From assembly GCA_937625935.1 (NCBI GenBank), contig OW569359.1, forward strand, positions 372,001 through 436,000: a stretch of 64,000 bases of DNA. Reading direction: 5' to 3'. Below the pieces are notes generated by a model. The model saw only the letters and a program-made list of their open reading frames with translations, was not told where the DNA came from and made no database searches. The DNA comes from Tetramitus jugosus (Eukaryota > Protista > Heterolobosea). The position numbers and the translations under genes are program-made. This document shows, piece by piece, positions 33,056 through 43,376 of this stretch. Each line of letters begins with the position of its first letter. Positions within the stretch are counted from its first letter, which is position 1.

Positions 33056-35647
33056 TCAGTAAGGCTTATATCGATATGAATGTTGATTGGTATTTTCATC
33101 TTCAGTTAGTTCCCATAAACTCATCATTGTTGGTGTATTAAACGATGAGTCATAAACGAATAAACTGTCCAGTTCATCTTCTATGTTTACATCTTCTAGT
33201 GCTTCATTACTTTGAGAGTAATTTTCCTCCTCACTCAATACTAAGCCTTCATATTGTTCTTCTTCTTGTGATAATTCACTGCTAGTGAAAATATCTTCCT
33301 CGATCAACATATTTGAACTTTCTTCTATCTGACTTCTTTCAGAACTCTCCTCACCGAGAATAATTTGAACAGGCATTACCTGTTGATCAATAGACGGGGG
33401 ACAATAATTTTCTAAAGTTCCTTCTTCTTGAAAGGCCTGGAATTCCTCCATCTGTACTATCGATTGATACAATTGGTCCGATCTTTGACTGTTGTCTATT
33501 CTATCACATCTCTTACGTCTCTGTCTAGGAAGATTCCAACATAAATTGACATTGTTTAGGACTACCCACACCTGTCTGAGCGAAAAACTGAATAGTTGAG
33601 TAAGTATATCGTGACCCGATCGACCTCCTTCATGATTCGTTCCTCTCGTATAGCAGTTGTTCATCAGTTGATGATGAGACTCCAAAACTTGAGTACTGAA
33701 AGGACATAAACTCTTGTACTCTTCTATCAACGTTGGTAAATGGTGTATTAGAATATGAAGATACCATCCTACTCCTTGTTGGGGCCATCTTTGAGAAATA
33801 CATTCTCCTAATTTCTTCAGCAATTGTTCTAAAGACTCATCATGTCTCTTGGATAAGTGCTCTGTTGTTCCCTCGAGATAATCGAAGCATATGGTAGCCC
33901 AGAGTAACCATATGTTAGACAGTAATCGGTCAAAGTACCGATCATCATTAAAAATAGTACTAGTGCTTTTCAATATCATTGTACACTGTTCTCCTGTTAG
34001 TGGAGGACATCTGTAACTTCCATTATCAACCACCTCCTGTTCATCATCAATGTCAACTGAACTAGAACCTTCTTTGGTTACAAAGTGAAAGCCTTTAAGT
34101 CCTTTTAACTTATCGATTTCTTTTTCAATGATATCCATAAGCTCTCGATCCCCTCGACTGGATAGAAGTAATAAATTTCGAGTAATAGCTTGTTTGCAAT
34201 GTAGATTACATACTATAAAGTTGATTCGCTCACCATGAACATGCAAATCTCGTTTGTTCCTAATTTTTCCAAACTTGTTGGCTTTTGATTTGGTGCATAC
34301 ACAATAGGGACAGAAGAGATCAGTATCTGAATAGAGACCGCCATCCACAATCGAGTCCAGGAAACAGAGATCAGTGCACCATACTGGCTTAATGGTTGTT
34401 GAGGCTTCCTTGTTCGAACAAGTGACAGACACTAAATAGTTCAACACCCTTAGGGACACGAGATCCTTAATTGTGGTTTCAAGATACCCACGACCCAAAG
34501 ACTCACAACCTCTCCAAAGGACTGTAGGAAAGACGGATCTTCTACATTGGCTATCAAATTCCTTCAATCCCACTGTTTTGATAGTAAAAATATTGGTTCC
34601 GTCGTTCCCTCTCAACCTCCCTCTCTGTCCATCACCACTGAAAACTAAGTATACTTCTGATGGAAGAACACCGTGAAGCTTTAACTCAATAGCTAGAATC
34701 GCTTTGATAACGACCAGGAAGCAACAACTCACAGAGACCACAATCTTATCAACAATTTCTTCATCGATTGTAAAGTAATTCTCTATCTCGTCAAATATCG
34801 ATTGTTTTCTGTTTGATAGTGCCGTCAAATTAGGGAATCCAATTGCATCCACCATTCTATAGAGGAAGAAGTAAGCTCTATCACTTAACAAAATTCTATC
34901 TTTCATGTAAATAAAAACATCGCAGTTCATCGTAATTTGGCCAGTACATAGTGATTGAACTCTTGCAATGTTATCCTTATGTCGAGAGCAAAACGATTGG
35001 ATTATTGTGAAAAGGATACTCGGATTGATTATTGTCAGGTATATTGTCAACACAGTTACCAATGATTGATTCGATAGTTCTAAAAGCTTTTTGAATGTTT
35101 CTACCCAGTTCTTGACGTGGTTTCTTTGTTTAAAGGTCGTCTTTGTGTGAGTAGTGATTGGATCAGGTCGCCTCCTTGGTGCTCGTTTAACTGTATTAGA
35201 GCCACATCGATTACAGATCACTGCGAAGGCATCTTTGTTGATATTAATAGTGTTCTCTGGATTTTCAATATCATTGCTGGTGTTGTCTTTGGTGATCAGG
35301 TTGTTCAACCATGAGAAAACGTGTGCTGCTCGTTCTGGATTTGAAGGTAAGTATAATAGCCTGGTGCAGAATCGGATATCTCCATAGCAAAGATTGTTAA
35401 ATTTGACTGTCGGTATTGTTTGCTTAAGTGACTTCACACCAGAATATGCAGCGCCGGTGTAGTGAGTAAGTTGAGCAATGTTCAAATAAAACAACTGATT
35501 GTAAATGATTGTGTTGATAGTTGTATCACCATCAACAAATGCTATCATTGTATGGTTTTCTGCGATCGAGCGCCCATCACACTCGATTTCGGATGGTAAC
35601 CAACCAATCCTCATCAGGCAGAATGTTGTGGAGAGTTCTATTTTCAT
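33056..35647 (-). CDS. RAG1-core/Transib-like DDE transposase
   Basis: LSDRAYFFLYRMVDAIGFPNLTAL, FSGDG, WCTD, FCPYC, CNLHC, LTGEQC and YLHILIHHLP..FSTQVLE are collinear with RAG1 core motifs. Confidence 0.8.
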   Translation of the reverse strand: MKIELSTTFCLMRIGWLPSEIECDGRSIAENHTMIAFVDGDTTINTIIYNQLFYLNIAQLTHYTGAAYSGVKSLKQTIPTVKFNNLCYGDIRFCTRLLYLPSNPERAAHVFSWLNNLITKDNTSNDIENPENTININKDAFAVICNRCGSNTVKRAPRRRPDPITTHTKTTFKQRNHVKNWVETFKKLLELSNQSLVTVLTIYLTIINPSILFTIIQSFCSRHKDNIARVQSLCTGQITMNCDVFIYMKDRILLSDRAYFFLYRMVDAIGFPNLTALSNRKQSIFDEIENYFTIDEEIVDKIVVSVSCCFLVVIKAILAIELKLHGVLPSEVYLVFSGDGQRGRLRGNDGTNIFTIKTVGLKEFDSQCRRSVFPTVLWRGCESLGRGYLETTIKDLVSLRVLNYLVSVTCSNKEASTTIKPVWCTDLCFLDSIVDGGLYSDTDLFCPYCVCTKSKANKFGKIRNKRDLHVHGERINFIVCNLHCKQAITRNLLLLSSRGDRELMDIIEKEIDKLKGLKGFHFVTKEGSSSVDIDDEQEVVDNGSYRCPPLTGEQCTMILKSTSTIFNDDRYFDRLLSNIWLLWATICFDYLEGTTEHLSKRHDESLEQLLKKLGECISQRWPQQGVGWYLHILIHHLPTLIEEYKSLCPFSTQVLESHHQLMNNCYTRGTNHEGGRSGHDILTQLFSFSLRQVWVVLNNVNLCWNLPRQRRKRCDRIDNSQRSDQLYQSIVQMEEFQAFQEEGTLENYCPPSIDQQVMPVQIILGEESSERSQIEESSNMLIEEDIFTSSELSQEEEQYEGLVLSEEENYSQSNEALEDVNIEDELDSLFVYDSSFNTPTMMSLWELTEDENTNQHSYRYKPY

Positions 35648-36798
35648 TTCAGTACAACAATTGGAAGATCATGAAAAAGGATTACAAGATTGGAAAAAAA
35701 CAACGCCTTAATCCTCCGAACCGTCGGTTGAGATAATTAGGTCGTTGTTCATTTTGAATTGCTTCTCATCAAGTCGACAAGAAAATACTCAAAACATGGT
35801 ATCCGTAAAGGAACTTTCGAGGGAAACAGTCGTTGCCCTTAAAAGAAATTTACTGAGTAAAACAAATCCCGAACAACAGTTTAGGATTTTTGCTTCTGCT
35901 CCTTACGCCATTGCTTGTACTTTTCCTTCCTTTTTAGGTCTTCCGTTTGTTATCGCGCTTCTTTCCTTCGGCGCTTCTCTTTCCAGTGTTGCCGCAGTAT
36001 TGAATTTCTCTCATTCGACGGAGTTGAGCCCTCAATTTGGTTATCAATGGATCCCCGATAGGAGTTGGTTGCACAGATGAAGTACGATATGCATGACGTA
36101 CTTGATGGTTGTCCTTATTTGGAGGACCCTCAGACATGCAAGGTCTATCTTTGGTCAAAGTGGATAGAGGTGAGGAGTTCGCAGTGGATTTCTTTGTAGA
36201 CGATGTTGATGACCCGGGAGATTTCTTTGCCGTAGATTGGGACTTTTTCTGGGCTTCTCTTTGGCTTGGCTTGCGGTATGGTGCACCGCTATTCCAGTGG
36301 CTAACTGGTGTTCTTGGTTCAACTAGAGTGTTGGTTTGTTTTGTCGTTTTTTGTTTTTCTTGGTTGTACTTTGCTGCTGTTGGTTAACTTTTAAAGGACA
36401 GAGACGATGAACAATTATCATCATCGAGGCACCAAAAGAGAGGTCTAAGAAAAATCTCCCAGAGTGACCAAAGTTGTCACTAGACTGAGGACACAAAAAG
36501 TGTTGTGGGCGTTGGAGAAACTACAGATTTATTGATGGAGCGTCGACAGATCGCCCGGTTTTTTTGTAATTGGAAATCTTTTTTTCGGCTATAAACAGGG
36601 TGTTAAAAACAGAGAGGACCAAATGCCCCCTCCAAAAGAAACACCACTATGTTCTAGTGGGTAACGGGGGCTTGCATTGGTTTTGTCGGACATTGCCCGC
36701 ACGAACAAGGTTCTTGGAAGTTCTTTCTCCTTGTGCAATGACATATCTGAGCTTGTATGAATCAATAAAGTTATTCGTATTTAAAGAATAATTAGTGT

Positions 36799-38923
36799 TT
36801 ACAAAACGCATTTGTCACCGTCGCAATACAATTCAGGAAGAGGATCTATACCATTTTTAATCACGTTGTTGATAGGACTGTCTTCACCAGACAACGGGGT
36901 ATTTACGAGAGCCATCATCTTGTTGTATATATCCTCGTCAATCTCTTCATATGGTGCCTGCTTGTAGATCTGATTATAGTTCATTCTTGGCAGGAAGCTA
37001 ATACCTTGAGCATGTACTGGAAGTAATTCAGAGCGAACGGGATCTGAGGACCTTCTTTCTCTGGATCAAAGCTCACAGTACAGCTCACCTGATTATCAGC
37101 CCAATACTTTTGTAGGAATGCTGCCAAATTCAATTGCTCCCACATACTAACAGACCCTTCTGTTCTGGTATTATCACCTGAACACACTGGGAATGAAACC
37201 ACAGAAGTTTCAGTGCTAGGATACTCTTCTGTTACAGCATTTCCTTCTTCGTCAAATAACGGTGTTCCTTCCTTCTCTACTTGTCTCTCCAGAATAAGTG
37301 GTTCTACGTGATAGCCTTGTTTCTTCAATCTATAAGTCAAATCAGAGTTTGTTGCAATACGCATTCTTCTGATATAATACTTGCTCTTAGGATAATGCAT
37401 ACCCGGAATAGCACCTGCTAATAGACTTACTGTGCCACTAGGCTTGATACATGTGGTCTTAATACTTCTTGGAATACAATACATCTTTGAGAACTCGTCA
37501 TCATACTTCTGAATGGCACTATATCCTTCAGTACAGAACTTCTTCAACTTATCAATGTTATATTTTGCAAGGAACTGTGCAATACCTGTCGTATACATCC
37601 AATTCTTCTGTTTCTGAGTAATACTCTGTTTGTCTCTTCCCAGTGAGTAGTACCAAGAGTTACAGTCTTTGCATAGAACAATGCATAGCGCAAAGTCTTG
37701 AGATAGTCTTCCAGAGACTCATGTTTAGCTGGGAATGTTTCTACTAGGCAACACAACTCATAACTCTCAAGAGTTTGTTCCAAGCAAGGATTGCCTCCAG
37801 TTGCTTTGACATCCTTCCAATCTGGTTCACCATCCATACGAGAGAATGCTTGCATATTCTCTAACCAAGCAAATCCCGGTTCACCATTGGTTCTAGCTCT
37901 TTGTGATGCATCAGTGTAATCCATTCCAAGTTCAGCAAACACAGAGTTGTTTGAAATATAACCAAAGTCCATACGATAAGGGTTCTTGTGATAATTCTTC
38001 AAATCCATAAACTCCTCATCTGGGTCACCAAAGCTAATCTCTGCCGTTCTTCGGACATTTCCAGATACAACACACTTACCAACCAGATTCATTAAATCGA
38101 CAATAGATGTCGCAGTGATTGGTTTACCCTTGTTTTTTTCAAGAACTTCTTTGATCTGTTGATGCATGATCTTCAAGGGCTCTGGTCCGCTTGATACACC
38201 ACCAAAACCTTTGATTGGTAATCCAGCTGGTCTTACTTGACTGTAATCGAACTGTACGTCACCATAGCTTTCAGTGAAGTAAGAATCAATGAGGAGTTTG
38301 AGTGACTTTACCCATCCTTCTCTTGTATCTTCAACAACATAAACCAGATTACCTGATAGAGGGTGATATGTGCCTCTTACAACAATCTTTCCTTTTCCTT
38401 TGGTGTCAAAACCTACTCCAACACCAAGCATTGCCATATCCACCATGAACTCAAAACACTTTGATACACAGTCAGCAATACTTCCAGTAGAGACGAAAGC
38501 ACAATTGTTGAGAGAAGCAAACAGACCCTTATCTTCAGTGATAGGAGATCCCATTGCCCAGAGTCCTCTACCCGGTGGAAGGAACTTCATATAGAAGATT
38601 CTTTCATACAATCCAGAAGCCATTTCAGAAGCAGCCATCTCGTCCCATCCTAATCCAGATTTAACCATCCATGTTTTGCTCATGTTCATAGTACCATTCA
38701 CTACTCTTTCTACAGTTTGAAACCATTCTTCATTGGTTACTCCATCTTCCAACAAACGAGAATATGTACGCTTGTACACAATCTCTCCAAGACCATTGAA
38801 CCCAAACTCAGGTTTGATGTTCTTATATTGTTCAACAAAGTCACTTGATAGCTTAAAAGGCTCTTTATGCTTTTGAACGTTGTTGTGGATGATTCTGGTA
38901 ACTGCTTGACTTGCTGCTTTCAT
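36799..38923 (-). pseudogene. rtpR: Class II adenosylcobalamin-dependent monomeric ribonucleoside-triphosphate reductase with two 1-nt frameshifts (~37593, ~37005)
   Basis: FLPPGRGLW, LNNCAF, GNVRRTAEI, GGNPCLEQ.LESYELCCLVE, KTTCIKPSGTVSLL, WADNQVSCTV, C-terminal CDGDKC. Confidence 0.93.
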
Positions 38924-39035
38924 TTGTTTTGTTGTTCACTCTGAAACACTCTGGCATTGTTAATACTGAAGAAGGCAATGTGTGGTGATTACCTAAAGTT
39001 GATGAGATTTATCAAGAGAGTTTAATAAACACTCG

Positions 39036-39500
39036 TTAAACCTTCTTTAATGACTTGAGTAATATTATCACCTGTAGTGAAAACATAGTAGAGTCTAACA
39101 ACAGTCTCCAAAAAGCAAACATCAACTTGATTGTAAACCCACTGGTGAACAACTTGAAGAAATTGAATGACATCTGGAACAGAGATGCTAATGGCATTAT
39201 CATTGATGTGAGTTTCACTGTATCAAAAACGATCTTGCTATATTTAGGGTCTAGATCAGTTGTAATATTCAGATAGATTGACAGACGTGCTGTAATGAAA
39301 GCAAGTTCACTCCAAAAGAATACTTGTTCAAACAAGAAACATATTGTAAACTCTGTGCTACCTACAGTAACTGATATGTTATAAAATGAAGTAACCAGAA
39401 GCCATAGCATTAAATGGACTACAGATAACAATACAGAAAGTCTTCCATACGTGATCTTCATTAAACCGTCGTTATCACCACCTTCATGTTCGTCCATCAT
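39036..39500 (-). CDS. Small multi-pass membrane protein, unknown function
   Basis: Likely start MMDEHEGG; about four hydrophobic segments. Confidence 0.55.
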   Translation of the reverse strand: MMDEHEGGDNDGLMKITYGRLSVLLSVVHLMLWLLVTSFYNISVTVGSTEFTICFLFEQVFFWSELAFITARLSIYLNITTDLDPKYSKIVFDTVKLTSMIMPLASLFQMSFNFFKLFTSGFTIKLMFAFWRLLLDSTMFSLQVIILLKSLKKV

Positions 39501-39537
39501 ATTGTTGTTGTTATTCTTTTGTTTTGTAGCAAGTCTA

Positions 39538-39867
39538 TCACAGTTTATTGTTGAGATATTGTTTGAATATATCATTATGAATAACAGATGTACTGACTAT
39601 GTAACTACCGTCGTATGAGATCGAATCATGATAGTTCAGCCATTCTATACACTTTTTAATTATATGATCTCTGCAAATACGAGTGTATTCAAATGCAAGC
39701 ACATCAACCATGTCAACAAGCATCTTGTGTGGATAGCTCTTCTGATGATTTAAACTAACAATTTCTATAGAGTATACCTGTACAGCTATTCTCTCCTTTT
39801 CTTCAGGTGTTGCCTGTCTTGTCAATTGATATTCTTTTACATCAACTGGCTTTTTGTAGTTTACCAC
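39538..39867 (-). CDS. Hypothetical protein, probably 5'-frameshifted
   Basis: 109-aa ORF lacking an ATG start. Confidence 0.35.
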   Translation of the reverse strand: MVNYKKPVDVKEYQLTRQATPEEKERIAVQVYSIEIVSLNHQKSYPHKMLVDMVDVLAFEYTRICRDHIIKKCIEWLNYHDSISYDGSYIVSTSVIHNDIFKQYLNNKL

Positions 39868-39992
39868 TGCTATGACTACAATAACACATACATATCTGAA
39901 TCAACACTTTTACATTTGATATGGAAGTATTCATTCTTTTTGTTTGTTAATTTTACAGCTATTCGTCAACACAAGTAGATCAACTAATATAA

Positions 39993-40640
39993 ATGATCGC
40001 AAACCTAATTGTATTATGCCACGGTCAATCAGGCAATACCAGTCATATGAGATCTCTTGAACAATGTTTGAAAGAATCTCTAATAAACACCTTTGTACTC
40101 AACTCTGCTGCCAATGAAAATTCCACAAGTGATGGAATACGTAATTGTGCATTTAGACTCCTTAACGAGATATATGAATTCTATCAGATTCACTTATATC
40201 CATACAACACTATATACTTCAGTATTTGTGGTCATTCTCTAGGTGGTCTAATAGCGAGATATGTTATTAAACTTATATACGAACATGACGTTCTCAGAAA
40301 TGTATTCAAACCTGTTGGAATAACGCTCGTGTCTTCACCAAATTTAGGTTCTAGAAAGCCAAGAGGAAGTATTCTAAGCTTTATTGCAAACAGTTACCTT
40401 ACAGTATTGTGTGATAAGACAGGAGATCAACTATTACTCAATGATCCGTTGCTGAAAGATATGTCAGAAGGATCGTACTTGGAAGCACTCGATTGGTTTC
40501 CAATTAAAACACTAATAGCACCAGTATCAGGAGATAAAGTAGTTCCTAGATCATCTGCAATGATACTACATAACAATCCGTTTAGAAGAGCAATTTACAA
40601 CAATCGGCCATTTTCCTCTTCAAAGAGATCTCTCGGCTGA
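39993..40640 (+). pseudogene. DUF676-type alpha/beta hydrolase (lipase), truncated at the island junction 40587
   Basis: LIVLCHG, GHSLGGLIARY, SSPNLG, GDKVVP; the last ~17 codons come from the host repeat and the catalytic His region is missing. Confidence 0.85.
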
Positions 40641-41855
40641 TCTATGATCTCAGCAAACCAACGAGCGAGAAACCCCAAAAAGCTTTGAAGCACACCATCC
40701 ACACCAGCCATTGAAAGACATGTCTCACCAAGGAGCAGATCTACATGACGTCTGGCCAGACTACACTGGTCCTTCTCACGACACAAAGCTCATCATCGAG
40801 TACAATCAATCTGGTACATTTGGTCACAACTTTGATCCATTGACTCCAACTCAGGTCGCTCACAAGCCAATGATACACATCAAGACGAACTCTGATAAAA
40901 AGTTTTTGACTGTTGTCATGGTTGACCCTGATGCACCATCCAGAAAGAACCCTATTCGTCGTGAATGGTTGCACTACATTTGTGCCAACATTCCAAACAG
41001 TGGTGGTGATAGTGTGATGAGTCAAACTGGTGAAGACCTTGTGGGCTATGTCGGTGCAGGACCACCACAAGATTCCGGTTTGCACAGATACATTTTCCTC
41101 GTGTTTGCTCACGACAATCACTTGACTCTGCATTCTCCAGATGAGAAAATGCCAAGTTCTCGTGCCACGGGAAGACCAAACTTTTCTGTTCACAAGTTTG
41201 CTCAGAGATATCACTTGGGTGAACCGTTGGCCATTGATGGATTCCAGGCAGAGTACGATGACTATGTGCCAACCTTGTACAAGACATTGACCCACTAAAT
41301 AAAGCATAATCAGTAGTGTGATCTTATTAATTTGGTTGTTCGTACTGATTGTTGTAAGATACCACACAATCTGGTTTAAACTAATCTTTTTAGTTCTTTT
41401 ACTAAAGTGGAAATTCTGCTCTTCGTCTACTCTCTTGCATCATTGCTATTCGCTTGAGACGATGAAACTTGTTGATAAAGCCCACAACGACTCCAATGGC
41501 GATCATTACTGCCATCATGGCGAAGAAGCCAAGAATTACACCCAGTGCAGTCATACCTTGCTTTCTTTGGTTGTTCGTTTCACATTGTTTGCCCTTGTAT
41601 CTCAACTGACAATAGCAAGAATCGGGCGAGCTACAAGAACCATGACCTGAGCACACCTTCGGATCGGTATTACTCAAGCCGAAGCATTGGAAGCTCTCAC
41701 ACATGGTTCCATTGTACTTGTTTTTGCAGATGCAAGTGTCTGGTGCAACACATTGACCAACACCAGAGCAAACTCGTCTTGTATCACTACTTCTTGTATT
41801 GAAGCACAATGCTAAATCGCAAGCGTCACCATCGTATCCCGTTTTACAAGAGCAT
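40588..41855 (+). repeat. Direct repeat copy 2 (~1.27 kb of host DNA)
   Basis: Matches 23132-24397. Confidence 0.97.
40720..41298 (+). CDS. PEBP/RKIP-family protein, copy 2
   Basis: Identical to copy 1 except WPHY/WPDY and VVLVD/VVMVD. Confidence 0.95.
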   Translation: MSHQGADLHDVWPDYTGPSHDTKLIIEYNQSGTFGHNFDPLTPTQVAHKPMIHIKTNSDKKFLTVVMVDPDAPSRKNPIRREWLHYICANIPNSGGDSVMSQTGEDLVGYVGAGPPQDSGLHRYIFLVFAHDNHLTLHSPDEKMPSSRATGRPNFSVHKFAQRYHLGEPLAIDGFQAEYDDYVPTLYKTLTH

Positions 41856-43237
41856 GTGTTTGGTCCAGTGCATGTACCGTTTCCAGAGCATGCCCTTGAT
41901 TCGTTGAACGCATATCCAAAGCAAGATAACAAGGAACAATCATCTCCTGCGTATCCAGAGTCACATTGACACTTGTCAAATGAGGAACAGTATCCATAAC
42001 CTGAACAAACATTGGTATCATCATTGTTCAATCCAAAGCAACTTGGCCGAACGAGCATCATATTGTATTCAAAACTCGGATGCAGTTCAGGATCTAGATA
42101 TTGAGAGAGAGGACTGTCAGGTGTTACAACAGGACTAATGGTGTTTTCAAAACCTAATTGACCATAATCGTTTCTGGCCCATGCAAAAAGAGCTCCCTGC
42201 TTCGTTCGAATAAAAACACTGTCACTGAATGACTCAGTATAAAAGGATTCAATGTTATCAGGCAAACCAAAAACTTCCGAGACCTCAACTTGTGTTTCAG
42301 GTGTTAAACTGTTGTTTCCTAGCTGACCAACAGAATTATCACCCCAAGCAAACACACGACCACTCAAGCACAAGGCGAACACAGTGTTTGATGATGAAGC
42401 AATCTTGGACACAGTTTCAGTAGAAGGAATACCCTGTACTAACACAGGTGCGTTCGACATGGTAACATTACGTCCCAATTGTCCTAGACTGGAGGAACCA
42501 AAGCAAACAATGGAGCCACCTCCTAGTAAGACACACATATGCTTCAAACCAGTGACAACTTGAGAAATTTCCAATCCTCCCAGATCGACTTGGTCAGGAG
42601 TATTTTGATGCGTGGCAGAGCTTCTAATACCTAGTTGTCCTTCTCGATTCGACCCCCAAGTGTACAGAGTGTATCGAGTCCATGCTGCAGAAAATGACTC
42701 GCCACAAGAAACCCCAAGCATTCCACTGTACAAGGATATCTTAGATGGAGTACCTTTGGATACGGCAGGATCAAAACCCAAGAATCCATCAGCGTAGTAC
42801 CGATCACCACCCCAAGTATAGATCTGGCCCAATTCATCGAGTGCAATCGAATGGTACCTACATGCTTTGATTGCTGTGAAGGTCAAATTACTTAGAGAAC
42901 CTTGGTTGAGCTTGTAGGGAACAGATTGATGAACAAATGCACCTGTGCCTATTTGCTTGTCTTCATTTGTTCCCCAACAATAGGCATCCCCTGATTGGAT
43001 AATGGAACATGAGTGAGAGTATCCAGTGGATACAGATTTAATAGCATGGGTCGAGAAGCTATTTGCGAGTGGAGTTGGGCTCAAGACAGGACCACTCGAC
43101 AGTTGACCGTTGCCTAGTTGGCCGTTTCGATTCTGTCCAAAACTGAGAAGTACCTTGGGATTGTTACTCTGTGCTGTTGTGAGAACAATAAAGAAGATTA
43201 AAATCGAAAAGAGAAATGTAATTGAGGGATGTTTCAT
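41402..43237 (-). CDS. Type I membrane protein with RCC1 repeats, EGF repeats and a TM segment
   Basis: Signal peptide; WGxNxxGQLG repeats; CFG..CSGxGxC EGF repeats; C-terminal TM. Confidence 0.92.
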   Translation of the reverse strand: MKHPSITFLFSILIFFIVLTTAQSNNPKVLLSFGQNRNGQLGNGQLSSGPVLSPTPLANSFSTHAIKSVSTGYSHSCSIIQSGDAYCWGTNEDKQIGTGAFVHQSVPYKLNQGSLSNLTFTAIKACRYHSIALDELGQIYTWGGDRYYADGFLGFDPAVSKGTPSKISLYSGMLGVSCGESFSAAWTRYTLYTWGSNREGQLGIRSSATHQNTPDQVDLGGLEISQVVTGLKHMCVLLGGGSIVCFGSSSLGQLGRNVTMSNAPVLVQGIPSTETVSKIASSSNTVFALCLSGRVFAWGDNSVGQLGNNSLTPETQVEVSEVFGLPDNIESFYTESFSDSVFIRTKQGALFAWARNDYGQLGFENTISPVVTPDSPLSQYLDPELHPSFEYNMMLVRPSCFGLNNDDTNVCSGYGYCSSFDKCQCDSGYAGDDCSLLSCFGYAFNESRACSGNGTCTGPNTCSCKTGYDGDACDLALCFNTRSSDTRRVCSGVGQCVAPDTCICKNKYNGTMCESFQCFGLSNTDPKVCSGHGSCSSPDSCYCQLRYKGKQCETNNQRKQGMTALGVILGFFAMMAVMIAIGVVVGFINKFHRLKRIAMMQESRRRAEFPL

Positions 43238-43376
43238 ATGCTTTTTGATTCGTGAATTAGGCTGGTATTCCCAACCTCTCATTTTATCTCGTGAACAGGA
43301 GCTCCTAATCTGTCATCTGTCAAGTCCGAATATTCGCTAACAGCTTGGATCGGAAAATTTTGATTCTAATCTCTGA

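Larger units (their letters stand above)
32442..36659 (-). mobile_element. RAG1/Transib-like DNA transposon with putative 16-bp CAC-starting TIRs
   Basis: Left CACTACAACATAGGGG versus right (reverse complement) CACTAGAACATAGTGG, 14/16 match, enclosing the transposase; no TSD seen. Confidence 0.65.
24398..40587. mobile_element. Foreign composite island, candidate endogenous large-DNA-virus fragment with nested transposons
   Basis: Bounded by a host direct repeat; parts are visibly more AT-rich; compact ORFs without evident introns; many frameshifts; both junctions cut island genes. No capsid or polymerase hallmark seen. Confidence 0.7.

Noticed and set aside
36799-38923. Programmed frameshifting, intron or intein in the RNR
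   Set aside because: Each break is explained by one missing base; no slippery heptamer, splice sites or inserted domain seen.
23132-41855. Direct repeats as LTRs or as a TSD
   Set aside because: They consist of host coding genes, lack TG..CA ends, enclose no gag/pol, and are far too long for a TSD.
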